A stretch of DNA of 64,000 nucleotides from an archaeon (GTDB taxonomy: Archaea > Methanobacteriota_B > Thermococci > Methanofastidiosales > NM3), in assembly GCA_004212155.1 (NCBI GenBank), contig RXIG01000002.1:47993-111992 (forward strand), in the 5' to 3' direction. Shown piece by piece: positions 50,920-60,210 of the stretch (position 1 is the first letter of the stretch; each line of letters begins with the position of its first letter). Both the position numbers and the translations under genes were made by a program. The notes below the pieces were generated by a model that did not search any database, was not told the origin of the DNA, and worked only from the letters and a program-made list of their open reading frames with translations.

Positions 50920-51084
50920 TTGGGCATGTATCCCGTTTTATCCTCCATATTTAAAGGTTTCTTAGGCCGTGGCTTTTGCATATTCGTGGCCCATCGAACA
51001 TTGTGTATGGTCCTTCAATACAGGGGGGAATGTTGAAGGCATCTGGCACGAGCCGTTGCGCTCTATAGCATTATCTTGGTCGAT

Positions 51085-51236
51085 TTGGGAAAGCCAGAGG
51101 AGTAGGGGGAGTCATCAACGATGAGCGAATCTGGTAAGAAGTGTGAACAATAGGAGCATGGCGTCCTATTGTTCAGGTTGGAGGATAGAGATTTTCCATC
51201 TCTAGGGGAGGATTTATTGGTTTCAAAGAAACCATG
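51085..51236 (-). ncRNA. Candidate structured small RNA
   Basis: Hairpins at 51218-51234, 51186-51204, 51144-51175 (12 bp perfect) and 51094-51134; TATA-like TTTTATAG about 20 nt upstream on the minus strand. Confidence 0.4.
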
Positions 51237-51515
51237 TTGCCACCTCAAGTACCCTATAAAAATTTTTTCACTAAATCGTTGACGATACGATACTTCTCTA
51301 TCCCTCTTGATGAATCCCACCACCTTTCCCCCGCGTATTTCACAAGGCGAAATACATGTTCGATGCCTACCAGATGACAGGGAATTATTGCCGCCGCATT
51401 CCCGAAAGCTTTAAATAACTTAGAGGGATTCTAGGCGTAATGGTGTGTGATATGTGCCAATTTTGATTCATGTATCAATATTCCTCACTAATATCTCATT
51501 TTGGAGGTCTTATTC

Positions 51516-53018
51516 TTGAATGATGTCACCCAACTAATCGATGGTCTGTCCAATGAAGAGAAAAAGGTTTTGAAAAAGCTCTCGCAACAGGGAGGAGGGC
51601 CAGCTTCCGTTTCATCGCTTGAAGACGAAGGTCTCTCCTCAGTTGCCATCAATCGGGCAGCGCTCGGCCTGGAGGCCAAATCGCTCATTTCAGTCGAAGA
51701 GAAGACCAAGACGCACATATTCGTGACCCCTTCTGGCAAGGAACTTCAAAAGGACGTGCCCGAGCGTACGGTGGGACGGGCCGTCTTGGAACAGGGCAAC
51801 TCAGAAGCGTTTTTAGACGAGCTCGATGTTGACAAGAAGACCTCCGGCATCGCCCTCGGATGGCTCAGGAAGCGCGGATGGGCGACCATTACCAAGGAGG
51901 AAGGGCGGGTCAAAATCATGCTAACCCAAGACGGCATCGACGAGCTCAGCTCGCCCTCATGGATCCAGCAGGCGCTCACACAAATAGAGGATGCCACCAT
52001 GGGCATCGACGACCTCAGCCCCGACCAGCTCTCGGTGCTCAAGGGCCGAAAGGCAGTGGAGACAAAGGAGGAACGCACGCGCTCCCTCTCTCTCACAAAG
52101 AAAGGCATCGTGGTGGCGTCTCACGACCTCCTGATACGCGAGGAAGTGACCCAGATCACCCCCGAGCTTCTGCGCGACGAGGCGTGGCGCTCTTGCGAGA
52201 TCAAGCGGTTCAACGTCGAGGCGCCCGTTCGGCGCATCTACGGCGGAAAGAAACAGCCGTACCTCGCCTTCCTTGATGGGATTAAGCAGCGATTGGTGGC
52301 CCTGGGATTCACGGAGATGCGTGGACCGCTCATCGAGAGTGAGTTTTGGAACTTTGATGCCCTTTTCCAACCACAAAATCATCCTGCCCGCGACTGGACC
52401 GATACGTATAGGCTGATATGCCCCTCGCATGGCCATCTTCCGCCCGAGGACGTCGTGGCAGCGGTGAAGTCGTCACATGAACGGGCCTGGCGCTACACAT
52501 GGCAGCATGAGCGGGCGACAACGCTCATGCCTCGTGCCCACGGCACGTGCCTCTCGGCACGGCAGCTTTTCCAGGGCATCGACGTGCCTGGTAAGTACTT
52601 TTCCATTGCACGATGCTTCAGGCCCGATGTCCTTGACAAGACGCACCTTGTCGAGTTCAATCAGATCGAGGGCATCATCTGCGACCCATCGCTTACGTTC
52701 AGGAATCTGCTCGGTATACTCAAGCAGTTCGCACGCGAGATCGCCGGGGCTGAGGATGTACGGTTCTATCCCGATTATTACCCGTTCACGGAGCCGTCTG
52801 TGCAGATGTCTGCCAAGCATCATGACCTTGGATGGGTGGAGTTTGGCGGTGCAGGCATATTCAGGAAGGAGCTCACCGAGCCTCTTGGCGTCGATATCCC
52901 CGTCATCGCATGGGGCCTAGGTGTCGACCGTTTGGCCATGTTCAAGCTTGGCATCGATGATATACGTTATTTGTTCTCGGACGACATACAGTGGTTGCGC
53001 GATGAGGAGATGATATAG
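51516..53018 (+). CDS. pheS: Phenylalanine-tRNA ligase alpha subunit
   Basis: FWNFDALFQPQNHPARD, FRPD..D.TH..EFNQIEG, YPFTEPS, EFGGAGIFR, AWGLGVDR; TTG start after GGAGGT. Confidence 0.97.
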   Translation: MNDVTQLIDGLSNEEKKVLKKLSQQGGGPASVSSLEDEGLSSVAINRAALGLEAKSLISVEEKTKTHIFVTPSGKELQKDVPERTVGRAVLEQGNSEAFLDELDVDKKTSGIALGWLRKRGWATITKEEGRVKIMLTQDGIDELSSPSWIQQALTQIEDATMGIDDLSPDQLSVLKGRKAVETKEERTRSLSLTKKGIVVASHDLLIREEVTQITPELLRDEAWRSCEIKRFNVEAPVRRIYGGKKQPYLAFLDGIKQRLVALGFTEMRGPLIESEFWNFDALFQPQNHPARDWTDTYRLICPSHGHLPPEDVVAAVKSSHERAWRYTWQHERATTLMPRAHGTCLSARQLFQGIDVPGKYFSIARCFRPDVLDKTHLVEFNQIEGIICDPSLTFRNLLGILKQFAREIAGAEDVRFYPDYYPFTEPSVQMSAKHHDLGWVEFGGAGIFRKELTEPLGVDIPVIAWGLGVDRLAMFKLGIDDIRYLFSDDIQWLRDEEMI

Positions 53019-54680
53019 ATGCCGACGATTGATGTTTCATTGAAGGACGTCTCACGACTGCTTGGCACGACGGTGACTGCCGAAGAGTTTGATGACCTCG
53101 TGCTCTTTGCCAAGGGCGAGGTCGACGATGTCAATGGCGACGAGGTCAAGGTCGACCTCAAGGATACGAATCGCCCCGACCTGTGGTCAACGGAGGGAAT
53201 CGTGCGCCAACTTCGCGGTATAGCAGGCACGCATCGCGGTCTTCCCTCATATCCTATCGAGGAAAGCGACGTGCGCGTGATAGCCGACCCGGCACTGCGC
53301 AATGTGCGCCCATACTGTGTCAATGCCGTTGTTACCGGTCTCTCGATAGATACAGCATTCCTTTCCCAGATCATACAACTCCAGGAAAAGATCGCCCTCA
53401 CGTTCGGTCGCAAGAGGAGGGAAGTGGCTGTAGGCATCATCGACTACGACAAGATCACGCCCCCTATCCACTACAAGGCGACATCTCCCAGCGAGAACGC
53501 ATTCGTGCCGCTTGGATTCGACCGCCCCATGACGCCTGCCGAGATCCTACGCGAGCATCCAAAAGGTATCGAATACCGCCATCTCGTGGAGGGAAGCGAC
53601 GTCTATCCGCTGCTTATCGACTCAAAGGGCGTGGTGCTGACCATGCCGCCAATCATCAACTCAGAGCACACGGGAAAAGTGTCAACGGAGACGAAAAACA
53701 TATTCATCGATGTGACGGGTCATGACCTGGAGACGCTCAAGGTGGCGCTCAACGTCATCGTTGCGGCGTTCTCGGAACGAGGTGGAACGGTCCATGGCGT
53801 CACGGTCGAGTACGAGGATGGGCCCGTGAAGGTGCCTGACCTCACGCCCCGAACGTTCACACTTGAGAAGGATTACGTCAATACGACACTTGGCATCATG
53901 CTCGAGGACGACGAGCTCATCGAGGTGCTCGAGAAGATGCGCTTTGATGCGAAGGTGGCGGGAAATGCGCTTACCGTTTCATACCTGCCGTATCGAAATG
54001 ACATCATGCATGCCAACGACGTGGTGGAAGACATTGCTATAGGATATGACTACAACACGATGGAGCCTGTCGTGCCACAGCTGTTCACCACGGGGCGCAC
54101 GCTGCCGCTCACCACGACGATCAACACGGCCCGCGAGCTCATGATCGGCCTGGGATTCCAGGAGATAACATCGTTTACCCTTTCCAGCAATGAAACGCTT
54201 TTTGACCGTATGCGCCTCGAGCGCCCTGGCGATGTGGTCGAGATCGAAAATCCCGTCTCGCTCTCGTGGGCGGTGCTTCGCAACTGGATCACGCCATCAC
54301 TCATATCGTTTTTATCGAAGAACACGCACAGGGATTATCCGCAAAACATCTTCGAGATATCAGAAGTGGTATCGATCGACGAGACGAAGGAGACGATGGT
54401 TGACAGCAGGTACAAGCTCGCATGTGCTCTGTGCCATTCGTCAACCAACTTCACAAAGGTCAAGGAGGCACTCGATGCGTTCATGCGCAACATTGGGATT
54501 ACGTATGATGTGGTCGCAAGGGAACACCCCTCGTTTTTGGACGGCAGGTCCGGGGCGGTACTGGTCGACGGCGCGCCTGTTGGCATCATAGGAGAGATGC
54601 ATCCGGAGGTCATCACCGCGTGGGGCATCGAGATGCCCATCAGCACGTTCGAGCTCGAGCTTGAACGGTTACTCGAATGA
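53019..54680 (+). CDS. pheT: Phenylalanine-tRNA ligase beta subunit
   Basis: DTNRPDLWS.EG, MPPIINS, YRNDIMH..DVVED.AI.Y, GEMHP. Confidence 0.97.
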   Translation: MPTIDVSLKDVSRLLGTTVTAEEFDDLVLFAKGEVDDVNGDEVKVDLKDTNRPDLWSTEGIVRQLRGIAGTHRGLPSYPIEESDVRVIADPALRNVRPYCVNAVVTGLSIDTAFLSQIIQLQEKIALTFGRKRREVAVGIIDYDKITPPIHYKATSPSENAFVPLGFDRPMTPAEILREHPKGIEYRHLVEGSDVYPLLIDSKGVVLTMPPIINSEHTGKVSTETKNIFIDVTGHDLETLKVALNVIVAAFSERGGTVHGVTVEYEDGPVKVPDLTPRTFTLEKDYVNTTLGIMLEDDELIEVLEKMRFDAKVAGNALTVSYLPYRNDIMHANDVVEDIAIGYDYNTMEPVVPQLFTTGRTLPLTTTINTARELMIGLGFQEITSFTLSSNETLFDRMRLERPGDVVEIENPVSLSWAVLRNWITPSLISFLSKNTHRDYPQNIFEISEVVSIDETKETMVDSRYKLACALCHSSTNFTKVKEALDAFMRNIGITYDVVAREHPSFLDGRSGAVLVDGAPVGIIGEMHPEVITAWGIEMPISTFELELERLLE

Positions 54681-55982
54681 TTTCACGACCATCTCGAGCG
54701 GACCCTTGAATCCGCTCTCCTTTGCTTTCTCTTTCGTGATCGAGCGTTCCTTTGCCATCTTGGAAAGGAGCGAGTGGATGCCGCATCCGTACTGTATCGC
54801 CTTCTTCTTGCGTTCGGCGATCGATTCGGGAAGCCCCATCTTCTCCGCGATCTTGCGCAACACCAGTTTGTTGTTCCTGACGTTGATCTTTGTCATCGTC
54901 TCGGTCGAAAGCGCGTATTCAGTCATCTTGGGGGTGAGGTATGGTGTGGTCAGGTGGCTTCCACCAGCCCTCACGGCGAGCTGGTCGCGTTCGAGATTCG
55001 TCCTTCCTATCTCTGAAAGGTCGTTTAGTTGCATCTTCTCGAACGTATCGGGGGATTCCTTGTATGCGAGATTGTAACGGTGATATCCTCCGAAGAGCTC
55101 ATCGGCGCCCTGCCCCGATACGAGCAGGCCGGCATGTGTGGTCCTCGCGGCCATGTAGAATGGGAACGCAATCTCGAAGTCAAGGACCGAGCCTCCCCCG
55201 ATCGCCTTTGCGAGGTCCGTACCGTAGCGTTCGATGTCCTCGATGGTGAGGTCTATCGTCTGGAGGCTAATGCCGAGTTCCGTCTCGAGCGCTTCTGCCA
55301 TCTCTCTGTCCTCGCAGCCTTCCTGACCGACCGTCACGAGAGAGACATCGGCGTACTCTCGCGCGCAATGGGCAAGCAGTGCGCTGTCGATGCCCCCTGA
55401 GAAGAGGATGGTGAGGGGGCTGCAGTAGGCGGCACGGCGCCGCAATGCATTGTCGAGTTCCTCCTTGATTAGGGGAAGCGTGGTGAAAAAGTCCTTTCGT
55501 TCTTTTTCGAATTTGAACTTCCTACGTTCGTATCGTTTCGTGACCTTGTTGTTCTTTACAACGACGGTCTCCCCCTCTGCAAGCCGCCCGGTCTGTTCGC
55601 CCTGGAAGCCTTCTCGTCCTGTCGAGAACTGGTAGACTGGTTCGTGTTGAGTGAAAAGCGGCATCTTTCCATAAAAGTCGCGTGCTAGGCACAGTTTCCC
55701 GTTGTCAAACGATGTGAGCACATATTCTCCATCCGCCTGATGCACGAACGCGGAGAACGCCTTTGCCGTCTCATCGATCGAATCACCGAAATAGTCGTTG
55801 AGGTCCTCATCAGAATAGAGCTTTCCAAAGAAGAATCCCTCGCCAAGGCATCTGCCTTCCCTTCCGGTGATGGCAACACCAGGCTCTTTGACGTATAGTT
55901 CGCGTTCACCTTCCTGTTTGATGTGATTCACGAGTGCCTCTAATTGCTCACTCGTACCGAATGAGCCGCATATTCCTCCCAT
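54669..55982 (-). CDS. Asparagine synthase-like ATP pyrophosphatase family protein
   Basis: ARDFYGKMPL, FSGGIDS, SGQGADELFGGY, NLERD, KKKAIQYG. Confidence 0.85.
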   Translation of the reverse strand: MGGICGSFGTSEQLEALVNHIKQEGERELYVKEPGVAITGREGRCLGEGFFFGKLYSDEDLNDYFGDSIDETAKAFSAFVHQADGEYVLTSFDNGKLCLARDFYGKMPLFTQHEPVYQFSTGREGFQGEQTGRLAEGETVVVKNNKVTKRYERRKFKFEKERKDFFTTLPLIKEELDNALRRRAAYCSPLTILFSGGIDSALLAHCAREYADVSLVTVGQEGCEDREMAEALETELGISLQTIDLTIEDIERYGTDLAKAIGGGSVLDFEIAFPFYMAARTTHAGLLVSGQGADELFGGYHRYNLAYKESPDTFEKMQLNDLSEIGRTNLERDQLAVRAGGSHLTTPYLTPKMTEYALSTETMTKINVRNNKLVLRKIAEKMGLPESIAERKKKAIQYGCGIHSLLSKMAKERSITKEKAKESGFKGPLEMVVKSFE

Positions 55983-56069
55983 GGTAGTAGCTTATCGTTG
56001 TGATATATATCAATTTCGGTCCTCGTGGCGATGCTAAATTTTTTTAATCGCTGATGCCACGTTACTAAT

Positions 56070-56348
56070 ATGCCACAACGCATCCATGTGATGGTCGAGG
56101 GGAAGGTCCAGGGAGTCTTTTTCAGGGACACGACACGACGAAAGGCTCTCGAGCTCGGTATCTGCGGATGGGTCCGCAACGTTCCCACGGGCGAGGTCGA
56201 GGCATACTTGGAAGGCAGCGAATCGGCTATTGATGCAATGCTTGCGTGGTTGTGGGAGGGTCCCCCCCATGCATCAGTGGAGGACGTGCGTGTCATATCC
56301 AAGGAACAGGGAGAATCAGAATACGCTTCATTTGATGTGGTGTATTAA
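56070..56348 (+). CDS. acyP: Acylphosphatase
   Basis: VEGKVQGVFFR, GWVRN..GEVEA, GPPHA.V. Confidence 0.96.
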   Translation: MPQRIHVMVEGKVQGVFFRDTTRRKALELGICGWVRNVPTGEVEAYLEGSESAIDAMLAWLWEGPPHASVEDVRVISKEQGESEYASFDVVY

Positions 56349-56665
56349 TCCTCTTCCTCTTTTCGTATCTCAAAGACCACGTCTTTGGGGATAGCAAGGT
56401 CGGCTTCTGCCTCCACCGCTTTGAGAATAGCACACGGGACGGGACAAGCGCCATGATTGATGTGTTCGTCCGCCTTTGAGTAGACCTTTGAATTGTTAAA
56501 TCCATTGAACAGCTCGTTCATTGCATCAACGATGCCAATCTTGAGCTCCGAGACATCTGCGCAATCTGAGGTGATACTGACATAGACGTGTCCTGGAGCA
56601 ACGAGCTTGGCCTCGATGATCGTCTTTAATCCACACGCACCCGGATTTAACTCAATTATGGTCAT
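56345..56665 (-). CDS. Small Cys-containing conserved protein (DUF6951-like)
   Basis: PGACG..T.I, SDC, H.ACPVPCAILKAVE.EA.LA.PKD. Confidence 0.7.
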   Translation of the reverse strand: MTIIELNPGACGLKTIIEAKLVAPGHVYVSITSDCADVSELKIGIVDAMNELFNGFNNSKVYSKADEHINHGACPVPCAILKAVEAEADLAIPKDVVFEIRKEEED

Positions 56666-56750
56666 GCTAGTAGGGATGGGAGAATTTCATATAAGGTTTT
56701 CTGTTTATGCGTGGACATCCTCTTTTAGCAGTAGCGGGACACTGTTTTAG

Positions 56751-57057
56751 ATTGTATTATTCATAATAATTAACAATATAGTAATCATGAAAGTTCTCAC
56801 CCCAAATATCGCGCAATTGGAATTTTCAGGTATAGTGCATGGGATGGGGCAAAGATTCTTTGCATGCAAAAATGATTTTTGTATCATGTACTTTTTTATT
56901 TCATATTAACGTACAGAATATTCCTTGATGACTATACTGAGTTATAATATTTCGCTTAATAGAATTTATGTAGCATGTAGCAACGAAAGTTTTTTATATT
57001 AAGCTTATAATGATTGGTCGACGGTAGTAGCTAATCTTACTTTTGATAACGCTACCG
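56751..57057 (+). promoter_or_regulatory. AT-rich promoter region with several dyad elements upstream of the FAD oxidoreductase operon
   Basis: GCAAAGA-T-TCTTTGC (56849-63), TTTGCATGCAAA (56859-70), TATTAT-TC-ATAATA (56755-68); TTTTATAT TATA-like element near 56995. Confidence 0.45.
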
Positions 57058-57081
57058 AATTAATTTTGAGGAGGAAGGAAT

Positions 57082-58512
57082 TTGGCAGGAGATCCAAATA
57101 TCTTGAAAGAACTTCAAGGAATCGTCGGCGAGGAGCAAGCAACCTCGGACAAGCACATCATGTACGCATATTCGTACGACATGTCGTTTGTCAAGAACAA
57201 GTTGCCTGCATATGTCGTCTTGCCAGAAAATGCTGAGGAAGTTCAGCAGATAGTAAAGTTGGCAAACAAGACAAAGACGCCTTTGATTCCATATGTTGCA
57301 GGTACCAATATTGGTGGCCTATGCATTCCAGAAAAAGACAATTCAATCGTCATGGACCTCAAGAGGATGAACAGAATCATCCGGATCGATGAGGATTCCC
57401 GATATGCTATCATAGAGCCTGGTGTTTCCCATGCTCAGCTTGCCGAAGAACTGTACAAACGGGGACTTAGATTTGGCTGGCCTGTTGGTCCACCATCGGC
57501 TTCCGTGCTCGCATGTGCGATATGCCATGGCATTGGTGGTATTACAGGTAGGTACGGTCTCAACAGCGAACAGATTACCAGCATGGAGGTCGTTCGACCT
57601 ACGGGTGAGGTAGCCCGCGTTGGTTCGTGTGCTATTCAGGAGGATTCGTGGCATTCATTGCTCCCGTTGCCGCTTCTTAACGGTCTTTTCACCGGATGGC
57701 TTGGTACCACTGGCGTGGTTACAAAAATTGGCATATTTACGCCCGCAATCCCACCAGAGGTAGAGATAGTCACGACGGCGACAGACACGTTACAGGACAT
57801 GTACAAGTACATGCTCCAAATGGGACGCTATGAAATAGCTGATGACCTTACCGCCGTCAGCTGGTGGTTGTCTCAAGTACCTATCCCATATCCCTACAAG
57901 GAGAAGCCAAAAGACGCTCCCGAGTGGAATAGCTACGCCGTTTTGTACGCGTACACACCCAAGGAGCTCGAAGCAAAGCTAGAGATGTTTGAACAGACCG
58001 TCAAAGACCAGCAAAAGGCTGGCAGCTCACTCCAGGTCACACAGTATCCGGAGGAGGCACGACGTGCTCGAACTGAGCTTCCCTCACAGATCGTTGGTTC
58101 AACAAAGAACTACTCTAAGGAAGCCGGAGGAGGCATCTCATGGCCTGGCACGTTCACACCTGCAAACAGGTGGGTCGACGTCTGGGAGAAATGGAGAGAT
58201 ATCTACACCAAGAGGAACCTTTCACCTTCTGTGCGCGTGACTATGTACAGAGGTACTCACTACGGTATGCTGAGGGCGATGACGCCCCTTAACAAGCAAT
58301 ACCCTGACCAGGTCGAGAACGCTCGAATGGCTATCGTCGAAGCACTCCAAGTGCTCCTTGACAATGGCGGTATCCCCTACAAGCCCCCAGTGGACTTCTG
58401 GAAGGAGATCTTTGACCGTGCAGACCCCGGATTCGTACAGTTGATCCAAGATGTTAAGGACTTTATCGACCCGAACAACATCATGAATCCTGGAAAACTG
58501 CTCTATAGGTGA
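57082..58512 (+). CDS. FAD-binding oxidoreductase (GlcD/VAO-PCMH family)
   Basis: PAYVVLP..AEEVQ.IV, GTNIGG, DLKRMNRI, IEPGV, TTGVVTK, DPNNIMNPGKL. Confidence 0.9.
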   Translation: MAGDPNILKELQGIVGEEQATSDKHIMYAYSYDMSFVKNKLPAYVVLPENAEEVQQIVKLANKTKTPLIPYVAGTNIGGLCIPEKDNSIVMDLKRMNRIIRIDEDSRYAIIEPGVSHAQLAEELYKRGLRFGWPVGPPSASVLACAICHGIGGITGRYGLNSEQITSMEVVRPTGEVARVGSCAIQEDSWHSLLPLPLLNGLFTGWLGTTGVVTKIGIFTPAIPPEVEIVTTATDTLQDMYKYMLQMGRYEIADDLTAVSWWLSQVPIPYPYKEKPKDAPEWNSYAVLYAYTPKELEAKLEMFEQTVKDQQKAGSSLQVTQYPEEARRARTELPSQIVGSTKNYSKEAGGGISWPGTFTPANRWVDVWEKWRDIYTKRNLSPSVRVTMYRGTHYGMLRAMTPLNKQYPDQVENARMAIVEALQVLLDNGGIPYKPPVDFWKEIFDRADPGFVQLIQDVKDFIDPNNIMNPGKLLYR

Positions 58513-59840
58513 TTCTCATGGAATGGAATTTTAGGAACATTGACAAAGAAGCCGAGCTTAACCTGAAACACTTCTTCTGGAAGTGTACCGCATGCGGTAC
58601 CTGCAGAAGTGGTTACACCTTTGGTCCGCCTCCTACCTTTAGGAAGATATGTCCACAGGGCCAGAAGTTCGGATTCGAAGGCTTCTTCGCTTCGAAGGGT
58701 AAGGCAGCACTTGCCCGATGGATGACCTCCGACCCCATTCTTAAGAATGAGTTTGAATGGACCCCTGAATACCTTAAGACACTCTACACCTGTACCGGAT
58801 GTGCAGGATGTCAGAACCAATGCCAAATCGACTTCAAACCACATATCATTGACACCATCGAGGCAATGAGGGCAAAGGCTGTTCAGGACGGAGTAGGACC
58901 TCTCAAGGATCACAACGTGCTCGTGCAGTCTATGAGGAACAACGACAACCCCTACACCGGACCTCGCGGCATGCGTGCCAAGTGGATGAAGGGACTTGAT
59001 GTCAAGGACATCAACAAGGAGGACTCATCGGTTCTCTACTTCGCAGGGTGTACCCCTGCCTACAACGCCCCTATCCGCCAGCTCGCCGTCAAGACGGTCA
59101 GCGTCTTCAACAAGATCGGCGTGGACTTCGGTACGCTTGGCAAGAAAGAGGTCTGCTGCGGTTCGACCGTACTCAGGCTCGGTGCCCGCGAGGAGTTCAA
59201 GCGCGTTGCTGAGAAGAACCTCGAGATCTTCAAGAACCTCCATGATGAGCGCGGCGTCGACACGATCGTCACATCGTGTGCAGGCTGCTACCGCTGCATC
59301 CTGGAAGACTACGAGATCGCAGACGACTTCAAGGACTACATGGACGGCATAACGATCAAGCACACTGCAGACTTCATCTACGACCTCTACAAGGAGGGCA
59401 AGTTCGAGCCCAAGAACGAGATCGACATGAAGGTCACATACCACGACCCGTGCCACCTTGGCCGCCACGTCAAGGACTGGAAGGTCGACTGGGATGGTTC
59501 ACAGCAGTGGAAGGGTTCATACCTCGATGTCGAGGACAAGGGTACGTTCGAACAACCCCGTGAGCTTATCAAGGCGATCCCGGGCATCAAGTACGAGGAG
59601 ATGCGAAGAAACCGCAACAACTCATACTGCTGTGGTAGCGGCGGCGGTGTCAAGACCGCATTCCCCGACTGGGCAGCCGAGAACGCAGCACTCAGGGTTG
59701 AAGAGGCCGAGCAGACAGGTGCAGAGAAGATCATCACCTGCTGTCCGTTCTGCCACGCAAACCTCAACGACGGTGCCAAGGTACGAAATTCGCAGCTTAG
59801 GACTATCGACTTAGTAGAGCTTCTTGACGAAGCTCTCTAA
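58509..59840 (+). CDS. Fe-S oxidoreductase with CCG domains (GlpC/GlcF/HdrD-like)
   Basis: CTACGTC, CTGCAGCQNQC, YFAGC, CCG, SCAGC, YHDPCHLGR, CCGSGGG, CCPFC. Confidence 0.92.
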   Translation: MILMEWNFRNIDKEAELNLKHFFWKCTACGTCRSGYTFGPPPTFRKICPQGQKFGFEGFFASKGKAALARWMTSDPILKNEFEWTPEYLKTLYTCTGCAGCQNQCQIDFKPHIIDTIEAMRAKAVQDGVGPLKDHNVLVQSMRNNDNPYTGPRGMRAKWMKGLDVKDINKEDSSVLYFAGCTPAYNAPIRQLAVKTVSVFNKIGVDFGTLGKKEVCCGSTVLRLGAREEFKRVAEKNLEIFKNLHDERGVDTIVTSCAGCYRCILEDYEIADDFKDYMDGITIKHTADFIYDLYKEGKFEPKNEIDMKVTYHDPCHLGRHVKDWKVDWDGSQQWKGSYLDVEDKGTFEQPRELIKAIPGIKYEEMRRNRNNSYCCGSGGGVKTAFPDWAAENAALRVEEAEQTGAEKIITCCPFCHANLNDGAKVRNSQLRTIDLVELLDEAL

Positions 59841-59874
59841 TTTTATTTTTTCTTTATTTTAGGAGGTTTAAGAC

Positions 59875-60210
59875 ATGGCTATAAAAGTAGACCCAGAAAA
59901 GTGCATCAACTGTGGTGCATGCGAGTTGGGATGTAGTTTTTACCGAGACGAGGTATTCACTACTATGTCTGCATCCGTTATGATGTATCGTGAAGAGAAG
60001 AAGAACTACTTCGGTATTATGCTCAAGAGAGAGGACGACATGATCCTTGGTCGTCCCGAAGGTGTTGAGATTCAAAAGGAAGGAGAGGAATCTGACAGTG
60101 ATGCTGGTGCTTCAGCAAAGCCCATTTTACTCAGGGAACCCTGTGACAACTGCAAGAATGCGATGTGTGTCAGATTCTGTCCAACCGGTAGTTTGATAGA
60201 GGTGGATTAA
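59875..60210 (+). CDS. 4Fe-4S ferredoxin-like protein
   Basis: CINCGACELGC; CDNC....CVRFCPTG. Confidence 0.88.
   Translation: MAIKVDPEKCINCGACELGCSFYRDEVFTTMSASVMMYREEKKNYFGIMLKREDDMILGRPEGVEIQKEGEESDSDAGASAKPILLREPCDNCKNAMCVRFCPTGSLIEVD

Noticed and set aside
56926-56940. TGATGA...CTGA as a C/D-box sRNA
   Set aside because: The boxes are only 5 nt apart, with no guide regions or terminal stem.
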